In this document: positions 40,601 to 52,989 of the stretch, piece after piece
Numbering within the stretch: the stretch's first letter is position 1
Layout of the letters: each line of letters starts with the position of its first letter
Notes under the pieces: model-generated
The model's database searches: none
Told to the model about the DNA's origin: nothing
Seen by the model: only the letters and a program-made list of their open reading frames with translations
Translations under genes and position numbers: made by a program
NCBI GenBank assembly: GCA_965285935.1
Contig: OZ260662.1
Location: forward strand, 80,662,001 to 80,726,000
Direction of reading: 5' to 3'
DNA: 64,000 bases
From: Ophelia neglecta
Taxonomy: Eukaryota

Positions 40601-42479
40601 TCTTCAGCTTCTCCCTTTTAATCAAATGACAGAACTTGAAATAGTGTATCGAAACAAATCCAGGCATCATGCAATCAAACCAGAATAGCAACTTTCACGT
40701 GGAAACCTTTCCAAATTAACTCTTGCCAGAGATTAGAAAATAAGTTTTTGAATAAACAATCAACACACAAACATGATTTTCAAAAGGATTGATGAATAGC
40801 ACAAAGCTATATGGTGCGCTCCGGGTGGAATTCGCCGAGTTGTTATTTTACACGTATATTGATAAATGGTGACGGAGTTGGGGTACATTTCATTAACGTC
40901 CGTTTGATCTTAAAATTAATCTGGCTTATATTACTTCCTCCATAATCGTCTGTGATTTTATGCAGCGATTGGACCTTCAGTAGTCATATTCGAAGAAACT
41001 CATAAAGGTTAATGGTTAAAAAAACATATTTAAATAAGCTTCATCCGAACAGATGATTAAAGCCAACCTATATTTGGGAAATAGCCATAAAATGATATTT
41101 ATATTTTGGATATACTACCAAATATGGGATACTGCAAAACGCGTTCATATTTACACATACATAAAAGGCAGTCGTCAATTAGCATGTCTTGCTCAATAGG
41201 CAATATTTTAATCAATTTGCTATTGATTAAAAGCGAAGGTGTGGAGGCTACTTGCGGAGGCGGAACTTGATCATTTGTATTTCTGAATAGCTCGAAAATA
41301 AAATAGTCAGCAATGAAAGGTCACGCAAAAAATGATATTATTAAGTCATGTAGGGACTACGTGCGGATATTGCTCATCGCGTGGGAGCACACTCTTATTT
41401 AGTCCAATCTCAAGATCTGACCTTGCGGTAGAACTTCCTATGTCAGAATGGGTTGCAAACGGAATGGCGGTAAACAGTCTGACATTTCCGAACCTTTAAA
41501 AAGGACAAATGTTAAAAGGTCATAAATCGTGTTTTTTTTATTACTGTCAGTCGGGACATGACTTCACAAAGCTAGTCCACATCATTAGTATAGGGCTACA
41601 CTTGTGAGTTGCAGCGCAGGTGAGCTCATTGAAATCCATCAGAATCAAACGAAAATGTAACACGTATAATTGGAAAGCCCTGTTTTACAATAACCATCCC
41701 TGCATTTTTTTTGTTTCTGTCACTCGAGCGACTGCATGGGGAAAATTAACCCTTCTATCAAACCACTTGCTTACCACCGCAATCAGTCTTTAAAGGGGAG
41801 AAATGTTACTGTTGGTTAGCAGTAGGCCTATGTTATATCTCCGGCTGGGCCTTTTGTGGAACGCCTTTGGATTTTCGTAGCAAAAGATGAATGTAACCGG
41901 TATTAGTGACAAGTGGAAAAAAACTGTCCATTATTATTGATATCATTATATTGTATTTCTATTCTCCTGAACGTAATCAGAGCACATCAAGCAAAAATTA
42001 CATTCATAAACCACGCAAAATTAATATACAGATTATTAAGCATCACTCTGCATAGGCCTATATTTAAATTTAAATATGAAATCTAAAATGCAAATTTGAT
42101 TAATAAAGTAGTTGACAGATCTATTTGATGTTAATATATGAAACAACTAAATGACTTTTAGTTCAGTTTTTCAAAACAAGTTTTTCCAGGCTTACTTTTT
42201 AGGTAGCAAAAGTTCATATGAACAGATGATACATCGTTTGGTAAACTCAGTGTCACTTGTGCCCTTTCTCTACCACATACTGGGCTTGCACATGAATGCA
42301 AAGGTTCGCATATATGCTCGAATGTAAAACAAGACTTTTACCATTTAAAAAAAAATCCTTACAAATTCAGGCCTTTAGCATATACAGTAGAGAATAAAAA
42401 TCGTGTTCATTAATATATATGCCACAACTGTTAGCTACGAGAATATCAGCATTGACAAACCCGGATACTGCAACTACTT

Positions 42480-43450
42480 CAATCCACAAGGAGCTCCAAT
42501 TGCTTCTTATTTTGGGTAGCGTGGTAGCTACAGCTGTAGAGGCATCAACTGTGCATTTGCTTTAACAGGTACAACAAATAAATGAGGCACAAACTCAGAG
42601 TCTGGGAACAAGCTAAAACAATAAGTTCCGGTGCAGAAATTTGAAATAGTAAAAAGTCAATCCGTATCTCGGGAATGCCTGAAGAGGAAGCTGCCCAAGA
42701 AGATACAAACAAGAGAGCTCTTGGTAATTGACTATATGTATTACTATTGCCCCAGAAGATATCAGTATGTGTCATAGGGTTGGTAAACCCAGAGGCATTT
42801 GGCCCGAAGAATCTCTACCTAACCCAAGGCAAGTTCATGAGACGAGATCGGAAGAAAAATATGTGTGTCAAGAAGAGTGAGCTGAAGAAAGTTGAGGGAG
42901 GCCAAAGGCATTTAAAGAAGAACATCTCACTCCTCTCAGGGCCAAGAGGGGTGAAGGAACTCCGACAGGAAGAGGGCAGACATATGAGAACAATCAACGA
43001 CAACATTCACACTAAAATAACAAAGATGAGAGGGACCTTAAAAATATCTTGCACAGCCAATAAGTCTTCTTCAAGATTTGTTGGTCCGAGCGAAATATCA
43101 AAGAGACTTTAATTTTACTTAAAGAGACTCCTTCTTGGCAGATCAATACCCTGTCTCTGTTGATTGGGATCACGGTTATGCCAATTTAAATATAAGTCAG
43201 GCTTTAAATCTGTGTGCATTTAATGTAAATGGCTGACTGACCAGACAAAATTTGAATTTTTTTATTAATATAAACAAGATTTTGCTATTGTCTGCCTCAA
43301 TGAGAATAAAACTGACTTTACACCTGCAGAAGAAATTCCTGGTTATAAACCTATCACACTGACCGAGCAGGGGGAAATGTTCCGTTATGGCGGAGTACAT
43401 GGCATACCAATTCTAGTCAGTGATAAATTATATACTTATGGTAAGAAGTT
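42480..43450 (+). mobile_element. Heavily decayed LINE, ORF1 end and ORF2 endonuclease start
   Basis: Fragments KKSIRISGMPEEEAAQEDT (ORF1-type IRISGIPE..EDT), ICAFNVNG*, IVCLNE and GGV (APE endonuclease motifs), with many stops. Confidence 0.55.
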
Positions 43451-44795
43451 AAAAGTGCTATTGGCTATGTGTTAATCTCGCCTTATATGTTTTCCAATAG
43501 GCTACTACTGAGTTTTATGTGCATGTATTTGGCAAATATTTGTTTGATGTGGATTCATCCATCTGTGTTTCATTAACAAATTGTATCACAGGTATATCGA
43601 AAACGTTAGTGACTTCATGTTCGGTGACAGCATTTTAGAAGTTGAACATGATTAATCGGGTTAATCTGCCAGACGTGCCAAGTTCTCTCTCCTTACACCA
43701 GCTGGGAGACTATCACTTTAAGTTGATGTTCAGTGTGATTTATATTTCAAGATGTTTGTGCTTATTATATTTTATGAATGCGAGGTTTTGCGTTCTAGAA
43801 ATATTGATCTGATTTAACGTGATTTTAAGAAACTTTCTAAAGAATGTTCTATCACTGTCCACTCCCAATTGTATGGTGCACGGCAAAGTTTGTTTGCAAA
43901 ATCAAGTTAACAAAAGAATGGTACATTATTGGTTAAGTGTGATATCTGACAAATCATCAAAATCGACAAACATATTGTTTACAGTTCTTTTCAAATAACG
44001 TGAAAATGGAGTATTTAGTTTTAATTACATGGCTGTTGAATGTGAAATCTGTTTTGGGCCACTGTGGTCTGTCAAATGTGTGGTAAAAGCAAAATGAGAA
44101 TAATTATAATCAGAATAGCATAAAGATGGTAGTAGGCAAAAATAAAAGATATGCAATTCAGAATCGGCTCAGAGAAATTAACAACACCAAACAATGTGTA
44201 AATCACCTAGTTTTTAAAACAGTGCCTGCTAAATAAATCAACGCTATTCTGTGGATAGGGTGATATATTGTAAATTTAGATGTGGCAATCGTGAATCTGC
44301 AAAATGGATATTGATGTTGGAGAAGTTGTTAAAACCGAGTTTGTCAAAATTTCCGTAATCAATATTACAAACATTTTCTATGCAAATATCTAGCCATTTA
44401 GTTATTGGACCACCAAATGCAGCTTTGTTGTGATAATACTATCTTACTTTCTTTTAAAGGGTTTCTTTTTGGTGTAAATGTGTGTTTTTACATACGGGTA
44501 TTTTTAATTACATTTTGTTATCTATTTGATGTTTAAGCTTCATACCTAGTGTATGGTTAAAATACTTATATACTACCTGCCATATGTTGGAATATGCATA
44601 TGTAATAGTTGTTTCCATTCCCTCATACACTGAGAGGGGTCTCTGTATGTAATGATCAAACTCTAAAACTCCAAAAAAAGTATGAATACGTAATAGGCCA
44701 GTGCCAATTCCTGTGCGCATAATTGGGATTTTGAAAATTCTGAACATGAGCTCATCATTTTATTCACGGACAAGTGGTGGCTATCTGGCTATTGA

Positions 44796-47700
44796 CTAAC
44801 AGAAGAGGAAGCTGGCGGGGTCGGTCCTGACTCCGTAGTAGTCCACCTGGTAATGTATATGATCTGTCATCCCCGTGCCATAACAGCCACAATGGAGTCC
44901 CACATGGTTAGCGATATGTTGGCCTCTTGTTACTCGCTGACCGATCAGACTGGCAATAGGCTCACAGTAGAAAATCATCACCACGTGGCCTGCGAAGACA
45001 AATCATGGACCTCATAGTTATATTATACAATTGAACAACGTTCAGACCACCGATAAGGCTCGTTGACTCTATCACTGTTACAAAATAAGTACCACCGCTT
45101 TAGCCAATGGGAAAAGTTCCAGTTAAGTTCATATCTCTCCATTTAAAAACACAGTTGCTCAAACATTGTTGCTACTTAAAGGTGCAAGGAGCTTTTTTTT
45201 AATATTTGTATTATATTATTTTAAAAATAATAAGAACGCAACAATTAGCATTTCATAATACACAACATGGTATAATTATGATGGAACCAAAATGTATCTC
45301 TTTTATTGTGTCATATCACTCTATGGAATGTATGTATATTAACTACCAGTAGGGATACCTGTGAAATAGTAATTTCTATAAAAAAAAAAGATTTGGATGA
45401 AATAGGCGTTTACGATTATTTGTATTGTGACAAACTGAAACCATCTTACAGATTAATTTATTTCAACGTTCACTTCAGGTTTTTCATAATTTCCCCGTCA
45501 AAGAAACTTAGGTATTTTTTGTCGTACTATGAATACTTCGGTTATTTTCTTGTTGATTTCTACTGCATGAATTGCTACATGCAATATTGTATGTGACCAA
45601 TTTCCGATATTTCTATATATAAAGCATCGATATGACTTACAAAATTTGAAAAGAAAAGGAAGTACATGTATATAAATTAGATCCCACGTACTTTTGATTT
45701 GGTTTACATGTTTCAAATCGAAAAAATATTATACCTCACTTAAAAGATTGAATTTAAAAAGATTGTGATTTGATCCAAGTAAGATTATAAAAGGTTCGTG
45801 ATTGATAAGTAAAAAAAAGGTATTTTGTCAATCAAAACTATTGGTGAACCATATAGTTACCTACAGTGTATTTGATCAAATGGCAACCTCTTTCCGACTA
45901 AAGTGCGTTGGCGTTTGCTGAGATATTGATAAAAAATTTCGGAAATAAAATGTCGACATCTGATATTTCACTAAATGAATGAATCTGCAAATATTTTTGG
46001 GTATCAACAACAGAGACAGACCTACTCAGTACTGGAAGTGTTATCTAAGTTTTACCATACTGAGCCTATCACATTACTAACCTGCCCATATCCCAGTACC
46101 GGTGAACAACATTCCCGTGTCGCAGCAACTCCCGTTGCCATAGGGACGGGCTTTTCGTACCAGTGTTCCGTCAAATGGAGCGTACACAAGTGCCCCTCGG
46201 TTACATTTGACATCCCAACCAGTGTGTGCCCTGGTCCCTCTGGCAGTAAAAAGTTATGATACAAAAACTCGACAGTGTTTAACGAATCTTTATAAAAAAT
46301 AACGAGTCATATAGGGGCATGTGACCTGTGAAGTCCCGCACTAAATTCACGGGCATGAGCTTAAAGGTTTAGCATTTGTGTTTCTTATAAAAATGGCTTG
46401 TCGCAATCTATATAACATTGTTCGGTAAATAATCCAAAGACGTTTAACCATATTATTTATTATTATTAAACTTATACAATTTATATAGCGCACATTCCGG
46501 ACTAACCAATCACAAGCGCCTTACATGAACATGGCAACCATCGGATAAGAACGAGCAAACAACACGAAGCCTAAGATTGAACATATCATCCAGGCATATC
46601 ATTATCCATCTCGTTTCTAGATTGGTCAGCCTTTATCGCCACAGGTGCTGTGCCTTTCAAAGACTGCATAGCACAATTTTGTTCTGCTATGTCCCTTTCC
46701 GTTTTTTAGGTACTCAGCCCCTCAGAATATTTCGTCAATCCTCGCATTCTCTACTATGCGAGTGCGGAGTAATGAGGAACCTGCGTGGGCCTTTCATCGG
46801 GGCTGTACGTTGTTGTGGTTTATTTACCTGATCATTTAGCTTAAATACAAATGGATCAATTTAAAAAATAATTAATTAATGTAATTCTGAGAAATGTTCC
46901 AGTCTCGGAAAAAATGTACATCAGGTCTATCATCAAGATGATAACCGTAATACCATTTCGATGTAGACACATTGGAAAGAAAAAAAGGCCTGGTAGCCGT
47001 ATAGGCCTATAACATATATATGCTGTTGTTCTATTTGGAACCTACATGTATGTCACCGACTGAACTACCTGACCCCTATAATGACTAGCTGGGGTTACAG
47101 CTAAAGATACACAAACTTATCCATGTCCCTTTAATAAAAATGTAGCCCGTGAGCTGAGAAAAAGTGTCACTGCGTGTATGAAGTAACTTTTCCTACATTT
47201 TTATTCGAATTTCAGTTATCTATGTTATCTTGATTTCATTAGAATCAATTTCCGTTGAACTATAAATAAATGAATATGAAGTAAACATGATTCAGTGAAA
47301 AAATAAACAACTTTACATATTATAAAGCACTATTGTCTTGGGGAGTTGCTCCAAACGTTCGCTCGCATTTTGATCGAAATTAACCGTTATTGCCCGTTCC
47401 TTTATTACATAGAACGCAAACATAATTATATAACAGAATATATGCATTTAATTACACTATAGGTGGTTACATAAACCTTACTAATATACTGATATATTTC
47501 TACAGCACCGATAAAATAATTTCTTGCCTGCCCGCGCCATAATTGCCACATCCGTATGAATCACACGTTCTTTTCTGGTTGGATGAAAATGATGAGCACA
47601 AGTTTGCAGTGCACAATCCTTCACCTAGTAAATATTATAACATTGTCGCATTAATTCAAAAACACAACTAATATAATTACATAGTCTCCTGCGCACAGGA

Positions 47701-49933
47701 GGCTCAAGATTGGAGGATACCGCGTTCACATCTACCTTTGCGTCTATCTTACGATATTCCGCGACAAAACAGTAGAGATAAGTAGCTCCACATTAATTTG
47801 GCCTCCTTTGTCATTTCGTTGTTATATTTCTGTTTTCCTCACATGGAGCAAATATAGGCATCACATGTAGGCGAGGCCCCTATCCCCTGCTAAATATGTT
47901 TAACTATAATTTTTATATATAGGTTCCAGCGGACAGGCGCCTCTTGGCAATTATGCATGTATAGGAAAAATGGGAGAAAAAACACTGGCAACCTTGTGAC
48001 TCGATAAATATAAATTGTCGGGATTTGTCGGAGGTTTGGAAATACATATTATTATTATTTTCTAGTGAAACTAGTGTGTTTGAAACAGTATTACCTATAC
48101 CCTTGATTTGTTGACAATTACCCCTGTGCCATAACACCATTCAGTGCGTTCGCTTTTATTCTCTGTGTCAAGTATTCACGAGTTTCGTGCTATTAAAACC
48201 AAAAATTCGCAAGAATTCACCACTCTCATTTGGTCGCATACGCGAGATCACCAGAATTAATTGGCCGTTCTCATTCGCACGCATACGCGGAGTCTGTATC
48301 CGATTGGTAATCTCTGGCATACGTCGCATATGCCAACATACGCATATTTTGGAATACGAGGCAAATCGGTCTTTTTTACGCAATGAAAAGGTTGAAGACC
48401 AAAATCCCGTAGGAATCCATGGGTGAGAAATTTACTCTCTCGCGTCTCTCCCCGTGCTCCTTAGAGTATGGATATACATGGGTACCTAGATTAACAGAAT
48501 CGGCTGTGTATTCCCATGACCAACTTGAGAGTGCTATAATCAAATGAACATGTCCGGTGACCAGGGAGGTAAGCCTAATTGTAAAGTCGTGGGGTAGGTT
48601 TATCAGCTCACATAAACTCCAGCATATATTATAAACTCCTAGCTTAAACTTAAATTTAAGGTCCGTATAACATTTTTGTCGGTTTGAATATTGTTTCCTA
48701 CTTTACCTGCTCCACCACAATGCTGAGGACCAGACAAATAATCACCATGGGCAAAGGCTGCCTGGAAAAACAACCAATACTCAACGTTAGTACTCAAAAG
48801 TCATCAATGCCCAAGTATACACTTAGGGGTAATTATCTGTCAATAAGTGTAGACGAGGAAGGGAGTGTACATGAACACTGGTTACACGTCATTAAGATAT
48901 ATAAGACATTCCATCCATTCTCTTAATTCATCGAAGTTCTTTTCACAAACTTTAATTTGATTTTAAAATTTAGAAGCCCATACTTGGCCATTATATGTTA
49001 TTTCATGCCAGGCTCCACTCCTCGTGCGATAGTCGTAACATTGTCCTGGGCTGATAGACCCGACAATCCCGCAGGAGGTGCTAGCGCAACTACGTACATT
49101 CACCTGCAACAACATTGAAGAAAATACATTAGGGCCTTGTTCCCTTCAGGAGGAACAGAGGTATCAGCTAACCCACTCGGGCGGTTATGATGGGCCGCTT
49201 GTTCATTAGGCCACGAACAACAACAAACTTTGAATGTCTATAATTTTTTTTATTTACAAGTAACGTAATATGGTCTGAAAGTGATACTTATTATTTAACA
49301 CATTAATTTATCCCTGTGCGTAATCTGTATGAACAAACGCTGCTACAAAAGTGGGAAAAATACATTGAGTGCTAAGGAATCTGTAGGAAACATGAACAGT
49401 GAAACAGTATATTGGCAGAAAGAGGTTCTCAAGAGTAGATTTATGTGTAGGTTTATCATTGATAAGAATTTTGTTCCGTAAATGTGTTTGTACACAACTC
49501 CATGTCATCGTCGTCCACATTGATTAATACCAATTTGGTTTCCTAATCTGATCTCCAAGTGTGGGTGAACAAAGTGTGATTGAAACCGGTTTCAGGCGCA
49601 TTCTTATTCTAACATGCGTCATTTTTTACATTAACATGTAAGTAGGCTTTAAATAATTATCCAATGTATAATAAATAAATAATCTGGGTTTTCTGAAAAT
49701 TGATGACTTGATCTGTACAAGCAACCACCAAATAACCCTTTAGTTGAAAATGAACCTGCTGGCATTAAATGTCATTGTAGTGGTAGATGGATTTGGCAGT
49801 GTTGATGATAAATTCATAAGCATAAGAAGGTGTAAATAAATACCGTTCCTCCACCTCTTGGAGCCCCGCATGAACACGTTCGTCCTAGGGCGTTCCCTAT
49901 TAGAACAACCAAAATGAAGACTTGAATCATCAT
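44796..49933 (-). CDS. Secreted SH3b-LECT2/M23 fusion protein (about 237 aa, six exons)
   Basis: Exons 49933-49844 (signal peptide MMIQVFILVVLIGNALG), 49103-48984 (VNVRSCASTSCGIVGSISPGQCYDYRTRSGAWHEITYNGQ), 48761-48707 (AAFAHGDYL; completes SH3b), 47624-47528 (NLCSSFSSNQKRTCDSYGCGNYGAGR, GC donor), 46239-46082 (HTGWD...VYAPFDG) and 44989-44796 (MIFY...HIH...DPASFLFC*). Phases 0,0,1,2,1 join in frame. Confidence 0.9.
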
Positions 49934-50778
49934 GGCAGTCGCTCCTTTTAAAGTTAATAACAAACCATTAACTTTGAAAGGGCTATAAGTAGTTAACTCT
50001 AAATGTTCACTTTGCAAATCCACTGTAACTACACAAGGGTTTTAAATATTACTATGTAGCTTTCTTTCTACTCTGGAGGTGAATTTGATGATTTAGGTTA
50101 AAAGCCCAGAGTAGATATTATCATGAGATTGTCGCAGGTGGAAATTGGATTATATACACGTCATTTAGGTAAACTAGAACCGGTATCTAACGTTCCTCTT
50201 AATCAGTACAATCAAATTCTGAACCATATCACGTCTCAAGATATGATAAAGTGGGTAGCAATTCAGTTGTTTTAAATATCAATATTTAGCAGTTAATTAT
50301 CTAGTATGTCAAATGATTAAACCGAACCTCCAATTTCCCCCATTCGCGTTCACTCACTAAATTTTAAAGTGTTGTACCGGAAATGTTCTCATGTTCTGCT
50401 GCACGTTTTTTGATTTAACATTTATATTAGACTAATCTAACCCATGGACGCGATGTTCTTACCCATGTCTCAGTGCGACAACACAGTAGGGTAGCTCTGA
50501 ATTCATTTATCTGGCCTACATAGACTGTGCGCGGAAATGTCGACATTCTTTTATTACAATGCAGGTATTATGAAAAAATAAATCCGGAATTACCTTCTTA
50601 GTAGATGCATACAAATAAAATTTAATAAGCGGAAAAAATTGAATTATCGCACATTTTTAGCTTTAAAATGAATATCAATTTGAAAACTTAGTCGATGAGG
50701 AGAGATAAGTAGAGAAGTATAATTACTCTGGTGGATAAAAGTCTACTCAGTATGGGCCCCAACAAATATTATATTATA

Positions 50779-51689
50779 TATAAATAAATAAATAAAAACA
50801 AAACAATCTCAAATATTGCTCATCTTTGTTCCTACTTCAAGTTCAAAAAAATCAGATCTACACAAGATTTTCAACAGGAATACGATTAAACTGAGTTACA
50901 GCTGTATGAACAATTTGAAAAATATAATAGATGGACACAACAAGAGCCAACTCGATAAAGTGAAAAAGAAGGAAAATAGTAATGCCAAGAGCTGTAATTG
51001 CCAGAACAAGAAAGTATGTCCATTGGACGGAAAATGCCAGCGACAAAGTGTAATATATCAAGCCAAAGTTGCACCCAAATCAAAAGATTTCCAACCAGAA
51101 ACATACATCGGACTAACAGAGAATAGTTTCAAAGTGAGATATAGAAATCATAAAGCTTCCTTTAAAAACAAAAGGCAAAAGAATTGTACGGAACTTAGCA
51201 AATTTATATGGCAACTAAAAGACGCGGATGTGGACTTTGATATTGACTGGAAAATAATGAAGCAGGCAAACTCATACCAACCGTCCACAAACAGATGCAA
51301 TCTTTGCATGTGGGAGAAGTATTATATTATATGCTGTCCAGAAGAAGCTACACTAAATAAAAGAACAGAACTAGTAACTGCATGTAGACATGCAAAAAAG
51401 TATTTGATAATGAACTATGAAAGCGGAAAAAATAGGTGAAAATAGGTGTAAAGTAAATTAGTGTCATTTTGTTGTTGTTGTTGTTGAGAATCTCCCCCCC
51501 CCCCCCGCCATTTGGGGAGATTTTAGTGATTGTGACATCACGTTATGACGATATTGTTATTTGAACGTTTATAAGATTCTGAGCTATGTATTCCCTGATG
51601 AATGGCTGGCTAAGCCAGTTATGAAACTTGAAGTAGGAACAAAGATGAGCAATATTTGAGATTGTTTTGTTTTTATTTATTTATTTATA
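50779..51689 (+). mobile_element. 5'-truncated Penelope-like retroelement (GIY-YIG endonuclease end) bounded by 65-bp inverted repeats
   Basis: ORF 50816-51439: LHKIFNRNTIKLSYSCM, CNC..CPLDGKC, VIYQA..YIGLT..FKVRYRNH, CNLC..EK, LNKR.E..CRH. Positions 50779-50843 are the exact reverse complement of 51625-51689. Confidence 0.9.
51591..51639 (+). ncRNA. Minimal type I hammerhead ribozyme in the Penelope-like element 3' region
   Basis: Stem I TTCC/GGAA; core CTGATGA; stem II ATGGCTGGC-TAA-GCCAGTTAT; GAAA; short palindromic stem III ACTT-G-AAGT; cleavage triplet GTA ending at 51635. Confidence 0.85.
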
Positions 51690-52989
51690 ACGCTCTGTAC
51701 AAACTGTACATTGAGCACTTTTGGAGTTTTTTATGGTGCAGAACATTGAAAACATTGTATTATATTATATATATGTATATATATTATTTTGTCCGTAGCT
51801 TTGTTATTTAACGTAAATATATTGTCGTCTTCTCTACCAATACCCTACTGTTTCATATTCTACTTTTATGTTCGATGGGTTTTTTTTAGGACGATGGGTT
51901 TTACTATTACCCACTGAAAAAAATTGCAAGAGCTCCGTGAAGTAGCCAGTAAACAAAATGGCTTCACCTCCGCGAAATTAATTTACATTTAGTGGTAAAC
52001 TTTGTATCGGATATTAATAAATTAGCATATGTACTCGAACTCACACCCGGGGTCCTACAAATAAACTTAAGTAGGCTACGCGAGTCAGTCAGTCGACCCG
52101 GGAACAAACTACATGTAGCGTGGCATGTGAAGTGCCGTATTAAATGGCGTCCACTATACTAGCTTCGGCAATCGTTCATATATAATATGGCTTAGCAAGT
52201 TTGGGTCAACAGCGTTATTATAAAAGATCCTATACGAAAGCAATCATTTCAAAATCAATCATTTTCTAATTTACTGCAAGCAAGGGCTTCTATGATCATT
52301 TATCTCTCAATACACACGAAAACCACAGCCTGTTCATGAATTTCGGCGATTTTGAAAATGTCCACTTCGATCGAGGTACTATTCTCATTTATTTTGCGCA
52401 TTTCTCCGTTGGTTGCAGAAAATATATATCAAAAATTGACCAGTTTCGGTCAATTTCACATAATATTTCACCCCTTAGACCATAATTGTGTTGAACTGTG
52501 CTCAATTTCTCAAACTCCATTCTATGTCAGGGTTTAACAGGCAAAATCACTGCTAAAATTGGCCTCGCAGCCGGCGTTCTTGCCCGAATTTGCCTTTTCT
52601 TTGGGGAATTTTTGACGACTTAATAGGCGTGGGAGGGGGGGGGGGGGCATTTTAGCATCTTCAGTACTGTACGTCAAACTTGCAATGTAATGACTTTTTG
52701 AAGTCACTTGTTTTAATTTTACATAGTGTTGGATATATCAATCGCGCATAAAATACCGGCGGGCAATAATGCTTGGAATAGACAGCTAATATCATAGTGA
52801 AATGGGACACTTGTGTAAAATGTTGTGAAAACCCACCACAATATTCAGAGCAAACGCAATGCATGACATTTCTTGGTAAGTGGGTGCAAAAATGGTCTGT
52901 TGAATTGAATATATGTATTCATGAACAAACAAGAATGCAATCTTTACGTACCTGAGAAGCAGCTGTCCCCTTATATTACTCCACTGTGC

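Noticed and set aside
44796-49933. Bacterial contamination as the source of the SH3b/M23 sequence
   Set aside because: The gene has five spliceosomal introns, a eukaryotic signal peptide and LECT2-specific cysteines, and it is embedded among animal genes and repeats.
51440-51590. Possible SECIS in the Penelope-like element (some Naiad elements encode selenoproteins)
   Set aside because: All Cys codons in the retained ORF are TGT/TGC, and the ATGA-containing stem is poorly paired with wrong spacing to the AA.
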